A DNA stretch of 59,728 nt, the filler included, from Globobulimina sp. (taxonomy: Eukaryota): the NCBI GenBank assembly GCA_003354225.1. It is 13 parts of 13 records of this genome, joined end to end, with 100 filler letters (N's around TTAATTAATTAA, not from the genome) between each part and the next. Parts side by side here need not be neighbours in the genome. Positions count along the whole stretch, not along the records: positions 9,218 to 13,724 come from PIVH01001179.1; positions 13,825 to 18,330 come from PIVH01001180.1; positions 18,431 to 22,935 come from PIVH01001181.1; positions 23,036 to 27,537 come from PIVH01001182.1; 9 more parts are not named here. One strand, 5' to 3'. Made by a program: the position numbers and the translations under genes. Under the pieces are notes generated by a model, which had not been told where the DNA came from, searched no databases, and worked only from the letters and a program-made list of their open reading frames with translations. Positions 12,261-24,417 of this stretch are shown piece after piece. Position 1 is the stretch's first letter. Each line of letters begins with the position of its first letter.

Positions 12261-13336
12261 TCATTTGAATTTAATTTTTTTTTTTTTATTATTTTTGTAA
12301 TGTTTGCATCTGGTATAACACCATGCGGATTTTGTGTGGAATGTTGTTAATCTAAAAAACTGCCTCCACCCAGTCCTTTCCATTGGTAATGCTTCGTGTG
12401 GCGTCCTACCAGTTAACCAATACAATGTATCACCATACAATATACGTTTCCCATATGGATCATTATTTGGTAGACTAGATCTCAATAACTTCAAATGTCC
12501 AATAACTTCATGTCCTGTATCATCAGCAATGACTTTACATCAACAGATGAAGCCATATATATTCAATTCCATCCGTCTGTCTTTCCTCATAAATGCCATG
12601 GCCCCATGGATGGATAACATGTCTCTCCGCTATGCATCCACAGCCATTCTCACATAAACTATTGCAATGATATGGTATTTCAATGTGCAAACCAGGCCTT
12701 CTTTGCGTTTTTCCTTTTTGAAGCAATGATTCTTGGATTGTTAGATAACATATCAGCAGAATAACATATTCGTATTATACCATATGCATCAAAGTAATCT
12801 TTTAAGTAATGCGGCAATTTCGTTTCTGGAAATTTGTTGCTCATAATAAAGGGCATCATATTAATATTTATTACAAACTCTTTTGGTTTGGGAAATTCAA
12901 TCTGCTCTGTCCAACTTCCATTGTATTCTGCTTTGACAAATGCAGTGCTGTCATAATCAATATATGTCAGCCAATAATGTCTGTTAAATTGAATTAAGGG
13001 TTATTTGCCAGATTGCTTTTACAATATAACGCATTCCACGAAATTTCGATAATATATTTTTGTCATCTGACATATACTCCTTTTGAGTAATAGTACTCTT
13101 GCGATTGGCTCCATTCGTTTAGTTGCTACAATATAAGTATAACCATGTTTAGTTTTTTCATCATGATTTGTTTTCATTTCATTTGCATTAAGCAGTCGCT
13201 CGATAATTTCTCCTTTGCTGCCAGAATATGAAACATTTTTAGATTTACATGCTTTAATAAGTTTAGATTTGGTCAATTGCAGTAATTGTCGATGTAACGT
13301 TTTCGAGTCTATGGACCACTCAACAACCGTTGCCAT
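12261..13336 (-). pseudogene. SAP domain + putative 2OG-Fe(II) dioxygenase-like gene, frameshifted
   Basis: N-terminal LTKSKLIKACKSKNVSYSGSKGEIIERLL (SAP). Blocks in shifting frames follow: FPKP..ININMMPF, CYLTIQES...QRRPGLHIE, IYMASSV and YWLTGRTPHEALP...WRQFFRL. Confidence 0.65.
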
Positions 13337-14188
13337 GATTATCGTTTATGGACAATTTAAAATCATGAGATAATGTATTCAATGTAGTGCAAGGATAATG
13401 TATACAATTTCAAAGTATGTACAAAGTGGAATATGTATGTACAAAAACTAAAATTAATTGGATTTTATTTTTTTACCGATTATTCGCGTCGTTATACATA
13501 GTTCCAAATAACAATAATCTTTTATCTATAAATGGGCCATTATTGCCATTTTGCGCGAGATATTCTAATTTATCGTTGGTAGCATTTGTTCCATATTTAA
13601 TGAAACATAAAATATTTGCACCAACAGAATTTACATCAATCAATATTTGAATATCATGAAATCCGATGGTTGCTACACTAGTACTTGTTTGTGACGGCGC
13701 TGTTAACTCCCAACAGACGCCAGANNNNNNNNNNNNNNNNNNNNNNNNNNNNNNNNNNNNNNNNNNNNTTAATTAATTAANNNNNNNNNNNNNNNNNNNN
13801 NNNNNNNNNNNNNNNNNNNNNNNNATTTAGGCAAACAATATATGGCGAATCCAGCTGTAAAAAAAAAAAATTCATCCGAGTCGATTTTCAGGGTGATATC
13901 TGCATTTTTCCCTTTAAAAACAGCATTTTTCCCTTTAAAATTTTTTTTTTGAATATAAATCTGGCATATCGACTGAATGCATTCAAATATGAAATTTCCA
14001 CAACCTTTTCCTACGTTCCTATCACATTTTTACGACTATCCTATATGACAGATTTTTTCGAAATGGATCATTTACTGGTGAAAATGAGCCATTTACTACG
14101 GAAAATGTGTTTTTTCAAGGAAAATTGTCAAAATTGTCAAAAATTTTGTTTTAAAAAAAAAAGTCGAAATATCCTCACTGTAAACATC

Positions 14189-17100
14189 ATGTCGCAAGGA
14201 GGTAACGAAGCGGGCAAATTCAAATTCAAAAAGTCGAAAAAGAAAGAGAAGGCGAGTGTGACGGAAATAGCAAATGAGAAGGCCAAGCAACACCAAAAGA
14301 GACGGAATCTCAACCGCATTCGTACGGGACGTGTTGACACTTCCTACGCATTCGCCATGTCGGGGAGAACCAAAAGACTTCCTACGCATTCGAAATGTCG
14401 GGTAAGAACAAAAAAAAAGAAGACACCTAAGAAGACACCTAAGAAGACACCTCATCCCAATTTCCTACGTGAAATAGTATCACATTCACACCGCTCGATA
14501 AAGGAATTTACGGAAATAAATACGGAACCTCCGGCCAAACGTGCACGTACATCAACCACAATCGCTAACGAAAAAGGAAATAGTTGTAAACGAAAATGGA
14601 AATCGAGTGCAAGGGAAAAAAGACCACAATATGCCGACGTTGACATCGATGGCACTGATGACATCTCTGTATATTTTGCCGGTGAGGATATTGTTGTGGA
14701 AACACGAAAACCAACAAAGGAATTTTGCCAGCATCGTCCTCAGAGTCCTCCGGCTAATGTAGGCGATAACGATGGATACGGAAAAGAGGTATACGATAAC
14801 GTATCAATGTGTTTGCGAGAGGAAGATGAACCCGAGCTTCTTGCTCAGGAATTAAATGAGCGTTACATAATCGATCAGGAAATAGATGAACTGTTTGGTA
14901 TATCTGCGATTGATGATGATGAGATTATCAACAATATCGAAGATGATGTGCTCCAAAATACGGATAAAGAACTGTTTTCAGCGTACATGTCAGAGTTAAA
15001 AAAGAAATCGGAGGTCGTGGGAGGTGATAAGTTTCCCGCAGTTATAAAGAGAACGGATGGGGTTTGGATTGTGCGTGCCTTTAATGAGAAAAAGCACGTA
15101 TTGCAGGCTCATAAATATCATCATGTTAAATCATTAGACAGGGGATTCTCATGTTCCTGTGATAATCAAAATTATTGTACAATGGGTTGCATACATGAAT
15201 CGCTGGTTCGTTTGGTGGTGAAACACGACAATCCAACAGACTTAATATATTCAGTTAAGGACTCTCTAGATGTATAAATGTTTTTGTTTGTAATAATAAT
15301 AATATATGACGTGTGTAGGATTATGGCCGATATGTTTTGGATTATGAAAGTAATACTTATTTATTGCTTGAGTCATCGGACTCCAGACTCTATGCACTGG
15401 TTTTCTCGGTAGACTGTCCAATGGAGGGAGGCCTGGCCATGTGTCATATTAACAAAAGTATGGGTGCTGTTACATGTAAAGTTTGCGGTAGTAATATTAA
15501 ATACTGTCCACATCGGCAAGGTTTGAATAAATACTTAGAAAGCATCAGTGGTCACGATATCAGGAAAACATTCAAGGATGAGAGAGAAAAAATAAATCCA
15601 GTTTACGATCAGCAAACCGACTCGTTCACATATCTAGATTATAAAGATGCAGACTGTATAAGTTCTAAGAGGATTCCCGTTCCATATTGTTTTCATATCG
15701 ACGATGATTTAGACGGTATTAGCACGGATGAGGTGAGAGAAATAAAACGGTATTACAATACACAGCCTCTTGTACTGTGTGGAAGTGGGAACCCAGGCGC
15801 TTTACAGTTAATATTATAATATCTGTTATATTGTAATATTACACAAATAAAACACTTTATCAGACCAAAGAAGATCGGCAAGTGTCCAACTTGTGGAAAG
15901 AAAATGGAAAAAAAATGGTACGTGGGAGGTATAAAAAATTTACAGCGACGGGAGGCAAAACAAGCCACATTATTTACAGCGACGGGATCATATAAGGTTA
16001 GTATCGGTTGTAATGTATGTCCAGGCCTAACTTGTACGTATGAAGAATTATATGACGGTTTGGAGGATAAGATATTCTATCATACAAAATATACATGTTA
16101 CACACACGGTTTGTTGAATGATTGGACGATATCCAGATCCAAATCGCCAACAACATTAACTGCATTTTACAAAACAAGAGCATGCAGCTATTATAACGAT
16201 GGATTTATTGATAAGACAGGAAAGTCTACGTTGCCAAGCATTATGCAATTCACATCAGCGTTTCGAGCATTTGTAGCGATGCAACGATGGTCAAAATCGT
16301 TATCATGTAGGTATTGTGAAAAAGAAGGGCATCTACCAGCCATTGTGGGAATGGATTGCACGCAAATATTGATGAAATATGAGAGAATGAAGCATATATT
16401 GGCACCAAGAGACAGCTACAAATGTTGGCCACACGAGAAAGAAAAAACGGTAAAAATGAGGTACAGAGTGAATAAGACATCAATGGTGTATATTAAGGAG
16501 TATAAGTTGAGGAGAAGAGCGGAGAGTTATTTGATCGGTAAAAAGATTAGGACTTATTCAAAAGATAAGAATGTAGAAAAGATACAAGCATATGAATTTA
16601 ACGAAGAATATACAAACATATTGATGGAAGATTTGGTCGCCGAAAGGAATGAAAAAGGCAAACCGAGACAAAGCGGTCAGACGTTTGTTGATTTATTAAA
16701 ATGGTATGAAGAGAACGTAGATAAAATAAAAAACAGTGGAGTGAGACTACGAATAGGGGACATTTTGAGAGCACTTGCGAATTATGTGCCAGTTTTTAAA
16801 TTATCGCCAAGTCCATTAAATGATATCCTTTGTAATTTTGAGGAATCGTGGATGCGTGATAATCAGAAACGAGAATTGATATTACGTTATGTTCCATTTT
16901 ATGTTAAAATTTACGACGGGTTAAATGGTACTCGAACGGTCCACGATGACGACGACGATGACGATGACGACGACGATGACGAGGAGGAAAAGAACGATGA
17001 CGACGACGACGATGACGAGGAGGAAAAGAACGATGAAAAGGATGATGAGAAGAATAATGGACCATCATGGCCCATTTGTTTGACGGAACTGATTAAAGAT

Positions 17101-17874
17101 TTAGCAAAACGGTCAAAGATTGTATTGGATACATTGATTAAACAAAGGGGCCAAAGCATATCAATATTTGAAATGTCCGATGAAAAAAAGAAGCATTTCA
17201 AGAACGCGAATCAATGCGGAACCAGTACGAAATACGAACCACATCATCTCAGACCAAGATACGATTTCCTATCTGAACACAGCAAATATAGAATGGATAA
17301 AAAGGATACGAAAAAACGTAGGAAAACACCGAGGATTATAGGAGAAACGGAAACGGAACTCGTAGGAGATTGTAAGAAACATTTTGAGGATCATGTTAAG
17401 ATGAGCAGTGGGACGTTAACGGCAATGTGTTTGCAGCATAGGCAAACGTTTCTGTTTTCAAATCTGAAGTCAGCTGAATCTGTGGATAATTATTTCTCTG
17501 CTTTATTAATGTATTATCCTGGCGATACGGCACCAGAGGCTCTAATATCGGATAATCCATGTAATATTCAACCTTATATGATGTATAGGGAACCAAAGAA
17601 ATTTAAGGATATGCAACATCATTCGGACGTGTTTCATGGTTGGACAGGACATAAATGTGGGCCATTGTATTGCTCAAGGTATTGGAAAGATAGTTGTCGT
17701 GAGTATTTTAAAATAAATACGTCCTTAATCGAGTCGAACAACGCTATTTTAAAAAGAATGTATGCATCTGCAATGTGGATGAGGTTGGATACATTCAATT
17801 TATATTTTATGTTGATATTGGAAATTCAAAATAGGCAAATTATAAGGGGGCAGGAAAAAAAACATGTTTTTTGA
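14189..17874 (+). CDS. KDZ (Kyakuja-Dileera-Zisupton)-type transposase with SWIM and CxC zinc domains; 3 exons
   Basis: In-frame introns at 15272-15318 (47 nt) and probably 15807-15863 (57 nt). Motifs: CSC..C..CIH and CKVC..CPH (SWIM-like), CPTC..C..CP..C..YDGLEDKIF, CRYC..VGMD, GTL..MC..H, ISDNPC, DVFH..GHKC and N.S.IES.N. Confidence 0.8.
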
Positions 17875-17973
17875 CGTGGTGGTTTTTTTTTCTTCTTTTT
17901 TTCTTTATTTAATATCGTTTATCTTTTGGAATATATCGTTTATATATATTTTCAAAATCATTGTCGCTCAGTT

Positions 17974-18216
17974 TCTTTTCATAATCATTGTCGTTTTTTT
18001 GGAATTCCAGGACTTTTAGAACTTTACGTATGTACAGAAACGAGTTGCTGGCTGACAAAAACGTTATATGGTAACAAATACGTTGCTGAATGACAGAAAA
18101 ACCTCTCGAAACCTTGATAAACGTTTCTATCTGCAGCGGGACAGAAGAATCGCAAAGTTCCAAAATCCCAAAAGTTTATGGATCCTAAAACATGAACGAC
18201 AATGATTATGAAAAGA
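17974..18216. repeat. Inverted repeat downstream of the KDZ transposase
   Basis: TCTTTTCATAATCATTGTCGTT (17974-17995) is the exact reverse complement of 18195-18216. Imperfect pairing continues inward. Confidence 0.85.
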
Positions 18217-19063
18217 GCATCAGGTTTTCAGCGTCAGATTTTTATTGTTTCTGAGAAACGAAGGCAAACCTATATTATTTTTACCTTTATCAGTCACCAG
18301 AAACGGTTTGCTTACACCTTACCCCAATAANNNNNNNNNNNNNNNNNNNNNNNNNNNNNNNNNNNNNNNNNNNNTTAATTAATTAANNNNNNNNNNNNNN
18401 NNNNNNNNNNNNNNNNNNNNNNNNNNNNNNCATTAATTGATCTTGAATGGGAACTAAAACGTATCTATTTAAACCATAAGATATTCCATTGCCACATATA
18501 ATGACACAAAACACCCAACGAAGCCAAGACCGCTTTATAGATGTTGCCATCGGAAAGACAAGATTTTTCTTCAAAACTTGCTACTAAGAGTTTTTGTGTT
18601 TTTCACAACTGTGTATGATTGCTTAGTAGACGTTAACAAGAGATATGCGACAGTTGTATTGTGTATGAATTGTACTCAGCAGACAAAGACAGTCTTGATC
18701 GAAATTTTCACTTTTTTCAAAGTTGATCACGTTTCAATACTGTTTATTATGTGCGCAAGAAGCTGTTACAGCTGTTTCAAGCAGTTTATTTTACAAAATG
18801 ACGAAAGAGTTAGTGTGCTCATACCTATCTTAGAACTTTTCATCAAAAACTGCTTAGTCTTTATGGGTTCTTGGAGCCTGCTCTATCTATATAGGTATTT
18901 AGTTATCTTGCTAGTGATGTGAAGAGGAAAAAAAAACGAAAAAAATATTATATACTATAACACACAAAGGAAACCTAACAAAAAATAAAAAAAAAAGACA
19001 CACAATACAAAAAACAAAATATATATGCATATGGACATTAATAATACAAAGTATCGCATAATT

Positions 19064-20460
19064 TCAATTCCCCACAACTTTTTCAATTTTCGCATCATTT
19101 TCCAGATATTTGACTTGTGATATTAAATCATTTACCGATTGAGTGACTGCTCTATGATCAGGAATGCAGGGCAAAACAGGTGGTGTTGTATTAAGACTCA
19201 CCAATACCTCATCATTATCATCCTCCGTCTCATCATCATCGGTGTCTTCATCATCATCGGTGTCCTCATCATCAGCCTTATAACGTGTGGTATGTTGGTG
19301 TTGCACAATACTTTCCACAGTAAACGTTTTTGAGAGTTCAATTTCTATTTCTTGAGTCAACAATGTTTCCCCATCGCCACTGGTGACTGGCAAGCAAATA
19401 ATTGGCGATCGCATTGGCGTTTCACTCGCATTAATAATCATTTCCATTGACGGATTATTATGATGTTTAAGCACACCTTTTTTGTTTGATAATGCGCGAA
19501 AACTATCCGATATGGTACGTTTATGTGACGCTGCTATTTTGTTCCGCATTACACGCCGCATTTTACGTTTATTGCAACGCATATAAAATAACCATACAAT
19601 CACCACGCAGACAATGCAAAATGCCATGGTTATGATACCAATAATAGCAATATCGAAACCTTGTATTGCTCCACTTTCCGCGCTTAAATCTTTATCGTTA
19701 TCTATCATTATATCAATTTGTTCATAGATCGAGATTATGCATCAACAACAACAACAACAAATTTGTTGTTAGTTTGCTCATAATTATAAAGTACAAACCG
19801 TTGGTTTCCACAGTTCCATGTGGTATAACAGCATATATCACAGGCGAGGCGGTGGGCGCTGTTGGTGTTGGATTATGATTGTTATTTATTGTTGGTATCA
19901 TCGTAGTGGTCGAAGTTATTGTTGGTACATTTATCTTTGAACTGAATGGTGAGGGTATATTGCCTGGACAGTCCCCAATACATTCAAATGAGGATGACAG
20001 TGAAACGTCAATTGATCCCCAATCCAGACATGCTTTATTATGCTCACAGTGCAATTTGCAATCTCCAGTGCCGCATATTATATTAATACTGTCTTTGCAG
20101 GAATCTTCGGCTGAACATGTTACGGTTACATCGGTTGCTGTGCCAGCATTGATAGTGGTGCCTGACGAACATGATGTAATTGCACTGCAGTATATTTCAC
20201 ATTCATCTCCGGACCGACAATATAGTGTGGATTCTTTGCAAACATCGACATTGTCACAGCTAAGTATTTGTGTATTGATTTGTGGTGCAATCATTGAGTA
20301 GGAATTAGATTAGGAAATGTATTGTTACTTACTCCAATATACATGTTTTGCCTGATGTGGGTGGACAACTGCATGTGGTGCCCTCCTTGCAATCGACTAA
20401 TTGACTGTTAGATATGTTGGATAGTAAAACCATCAGTATGAACACAGTGAGTGATGCCAT
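19064..20460 (-). CDS. Type I membrane Cys-rich surface protein, paralog A (multi-exon)
   Basis: Signal peptide MASLTVFILMVLL, intron 20332-20260, Cys-rich domain, P/T stalk, TM segment IAIIGIITMAFCIVCVVIVWLFY and an acidic cytoplasmic tail. Confidence 0.8.
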
Positions 20461-20533
20461 TGTTAAAATCCGAAAACTATAGGAAAAAAGTGCTGGTTCA
20501 GTATACAAAAACATTCTTATTTTCAACGAAAAA

Positions 20534-22443
20534 ATGCTACTCTGCAATGGTGTACTATTAATTTTAGTTTCATTAGCTATTCACATTACTGCTCAAGTTG
20601 TTGACTGTACGGATGGTTGTGATTGTCCAACCACATCAACACCAAACACAATTTGCATATTAGAGTATGTAAATCAAATCAAAAATAATCGCAAATAATA
20701 ACAAGCCAGATTCACAAAAAAAAATAAAACAAATAACAAACACGCAGTTGTGGCGGGATAGATCGGTGTAAACAAAAAACATTAACATGCAGAGCAAATG
20801 ATCCATGTTTTATACGTTGTGATGCTAAATCAGCATGTTCGGCTGGAACAAGAATTAATGCGCATACAGCCACAGATGTAACAGTGTTATGTCGTGGAGA
20901 CAATGCGTGCAAAGACGATATTGTTATAAATTGTGGTACAGGACATTGCCAATTACAATGTTATGGTAGCTTCACTACAGCATGCGGGAATTTTGGTAGC
21001 ATCGATGCATCATATTCCGAGACATTCGATTGTTTTGGTGATTGTCCAGACAATATACCAGGTGCAAACCATACAAACCAACCAAGTGCAAACCCAACAA
21101 CAGCGCCAAGTTTTGTACATATACAGTTTGCTTTTTGTGTATCGTTTTTGTTATGTTTGTTGCATATTTGTTTGTATTAAGGTGTTGTACCAAGTATGCC
21201 ATCATTGAATCCATCATCAAGTCCTACAAATCGTCCTACCTCGCGACCAACTGCGCATCCAACATCCGCTCCCAGTTTGCATCTTTTATTTTTTTGTGTT
21301 TTTCCGATTCTGTATGGTTTGTTGTCAACAAGCATTAAACCCCACATTTAATCCAATTCGAGATCCAGCATCCCATTCAAGTGTGTGTTTGTTTCAATTT
21401 ACAAGCAAAATTAAATTATATTACTTTTTTTATTGCGAAACATACAGCAAATTTACAAGGTTTGTACTTTGTGCCGTTTCTATTTACAAAAACAGTTCTC
21501 TCAAATTATAAAATCGCAAATACAAAACAAATTGAATAAAGTAACAGAATTAGAAACAAATAATTTTACAGGAGCAACAACAATAATTGCAATGTTATCA
21601 GTTGCTATTTGTTGTGTTTGCATGTGTGTGTTACGTGTATTATTTTTAAAAAATGAGCTGAGTAAACAATTAAAAACATTTGAAGATAAAAATGCGAATG
21701 CAATAGAAATATCGTCACGATCACGTATATCATCAAATATATCAAAATCAGCATCATCAACATCATTACATTATGCATTCACCTCAGTTGGCGACAAAAA
21801 AGATACAAAGTTAAGTAGTATCATAGAAGAAGAGCAAGAAAATGGTTCAACAATAAGTGATATTGAAAATAAAGAAACTGATGATTGCAACCTCGGAGTA
21901 CAAACAGATGCAATGGCAAATAATTATTTGCCACATGTAACCTCACCAACTAAGATCAGTAATGCCACACTTGGCTCACACTTAAATATTAGTGCATGTA
22001 GTGCACCATTTATGAATTCAAATCATACAACACAACCAACACAAATACGCAGAGCAATGAGTTATAATAATTATGGACATTCACCAAATTGTGCATATTA
22101 TTATGGTACACCTGTACAAGTACAACAGAGATCCGTTACAATGAGTCCTTATCAATTAACTCCATCATATACACACGGAATGACTCCGCAATCACAATTA
22201 CAACAAGCTGCATACTATGTTCCTGGAATGGCATTCCCATCACAACTGTCTCAACATTCGCTGCATTCACAGCATTCACAAAACAATAAAAATGTGAAAA
22301 CAGCGAATATGGAACCTACGGAGTTATCTGAGATATCAAGCAGTAGCAATCAGATTGATACTGACAATACATCTGCGTCAAATCCAGGTAATATGAAAGG
22401 AGTAATTACTGGAAAACGGATGATGTTATTGAAAATATTTTGA
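20534..22443 (+). CDS. Type I membrane Cys-rich surface protein, paralog B (multi-exon)
   Basis: MLLCNGVLLILVSLAIHITAQVVDC...CIL, intron 20665-20747, then CGGIDRCKQKTLTCRANDPC. PTxx mini-exons, TM segment IIAMLSVAICCVCMCVLRVLFL and an S/Q-rich tail follow. Confidence 0.8.
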
Positions 22444-22677
22444 TTAAAAATGAAGCTGTTTCAAATGCAAATTAACGTTTAGAATATCAAATCGCAGTTT
22501 TTTTTTATTTTTTATTTTTTGTTTTCAGCACATTATTTTTGTGGTTTAAAAAATATTTGTATTCTTTATACCATGTTTTGTGCTTAGTTATTTAAACTAT
22601 CAGTCAAGCATATGTTGTTTATTTCAAGATGAAGACAATTTCCTACTTAATACTTCAGGCTCCTCCTTTATCACATC

Positions 22678-22935
22678 ATGCTGTCATTCAATAGTATACT
22701 ATTCATTTTGGTATCAATTACTACTCACATTAACGGGCAAACTGTCAGCTGTTCTGGAAATTGTGGTTGTCCAACAGCACCAACAGGAACAACTTGCATA
22801 TTAGAGTATGTTGTATTAAATTATACAAAAATAAAACAAATAATCAACATTTAATACAGTTGCGGTGGCGGTCAAGACAACTGCAAAGGCAAGACCTTAA
22901 CCTGCAGAGCAAATGCTCCATGCACAATACTATGT
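22678..22935 (+). CDS. Cys-rich surface protein, paralog C (5' fragment)
   Basis: MLSFNSILFILVSITTHINGQTVSCSGNCGCP...TCIL, intron 22806-22859 at the same codon position as in paralogs A and B, then CGGGQDNCKGKTLTCRANAPC. Confidence 0.8.
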
Positions 22936-23545
22936 NNNNNNNNNNNNNNNNNNNNNNNNNNNNNNNNNNNNNNNNNNNNTTAATTAATTAANNNNNNNNN
23001 NNNNNNNNNNNNNNNNNNNNNNNNNNNNNNNNNNNCAAAAACAAATAATATTTGCTATGGATTTGGTAATAATAACTATCAGCAATTGAGACTGTATGAT
23101 GACGCAAAAGCAAATGTAAACGAATTTATTCCCTCTGCCATTATGGCCACAAGATCGAATGAGCATATTTGAAAAATTGATGAAATATAACGCAAAAGCC
23201 AACATATTTGCTATTAAACATCATACATATGTTGTCGTAGAGCAATGAGATCATTTTTTGTTGTATTAGATTTGATAATTATTTTTTGTTTTGAATCTCC
23301 AATCAAACATAATAATAAACTAAATGCGTTGTTACAGTGATCGGATTTCAACTTCACACTCTATGAAAACATTATGTGCTAAAATGTCAGGTTTTATGCA
23401 GAAAGACAAATTAAACTGTCTGACTTTTTTCATGTGAAACGAAATCTAGCAATAAAAAGTGGTTGAGCTAGTGCAAGGATTTAACTTTTTTCGATCTTGT
23501 GAGCAGAACAAAACAATGGACATGGAGGTAATATTGATACGCCCC

Positions 23546-24283
23546 CTAATTTTTAGGCATCAGTCTGAGTTTAAATTGTAAGTCCTGATTTGGTGGAATT
23601 GGAGGCATTCCTTTTGCACCTTTTTTACCATAGGCAAAATCAGCAGATATTTTTAAAATTGCGGTATCTCCATATTTCATTTGTGGTATACCATCGTCCC
23701 AACCTCGTATTAATTTGCCAACACCAATAATGTATTCATGATATTTACCATTTGTAGTTTCAAATATTTTCGCATGATCCATTCCACCATAAAACGTGCC
23801 AACATATGAAACCATAATTTTATCACCTTTTTGTGGATGCATTTGATTCTTTGAATTCTTTGAATTATAATTATTTGATTGAATGACATTAACCTCAACG
23901 CCTGACAATAATTTTGCGATAACATGCAATAATTCAATTTCATACAATAAATCCTGATATTTTGGTATCCCGTATTCCATATTGCCATCAATGCCATACG
24001 CCAAACGATATGGTATTTTTAATATTGCCTTCTCGCCCAAACTCATTCTTTTTATTCCTTTGTTCCATCCTTTGATTTCGTCGCCGACTTTAAATTTATA
24101 GGTGTCATCCAAACAAACATCAAATTCTTTATTATGTTTAGTTCCTCCATGAAAACTTCCTTTGTATTTAACTATTACCAAATCATTCTTTTTTGGATAT
24201 GTTTTACCATCGCCTTTATTGATCGTCACCACTTCTAATCCATTGCGAAACGCTTCGACTTTTGACTCTGATTCTTGTGCCAT
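23546..24283 (-). CDS. Tandem double-FKBP peptidyl-prolyl isomerase
   Basis: Two FKBP12-like domains: GDGKTYPKK..V.Y.G..FD..IKGW..G...MSLGEKA.L.IP..LAYG and IRGWDDG..MKYG..A.L.IS.DFAYG...IPPN.DL.F. Confidence 0.93.
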   Translation of the reverse strand: MAQESESKVEAFRNGLEVVTINKGDGKTYPKKNDLVIVKYKGSFHGGTKHNKEFDVCLDDTYKFKVGDEIKGWNKGIKRMSLGEKAILKIPYRLAYGIDGNMEYGIPKYQDLLYEIELLHVIAKLLSGVEVNVIQSNNYNSKNSKNQMHPQKGDKIMVSYVGTFYGGMDHAKIFETTNGKYHEYIIGVGKLIRGWDDGIPQMKYGDTAILKISADFAYGKKGAKGMPPIPPNQDLQFKLRLMPKN

Positions 24284-24417
24284 GTTTTATTTAGGTCAAA
24301 ACTTGAAGGGTACGAAATTTTGTCCGAGAATCAGTGAAAAGAAAAATACAGCTAGATTATGACAATAATTTAGAAAAATATAGATTATGACAATAAAAAA
24401 ACATTTGGAAAAATACA

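Larger units (their letters stand above)
13825..18330 (+). mobile_element. KDZ-type DNA transposon body; termini not confirmed
   Basis: The contig consists of the transposase plus structured non-coding flanks: a GCATTTTT(T)CCCTTTAAAA direct repeat at ~13902-13940 and an inverted repeat at 17974-18216. Confidence 0.6.

Noticed and set aside
12261-17874. Dioxygenase-like gene next to a KDZ transposase, recalling the fungal TET/JBP-KDZ association
   Set aside because: They are on different contigs separated by the spacer at 13725-13824. The order reflects only contig length.
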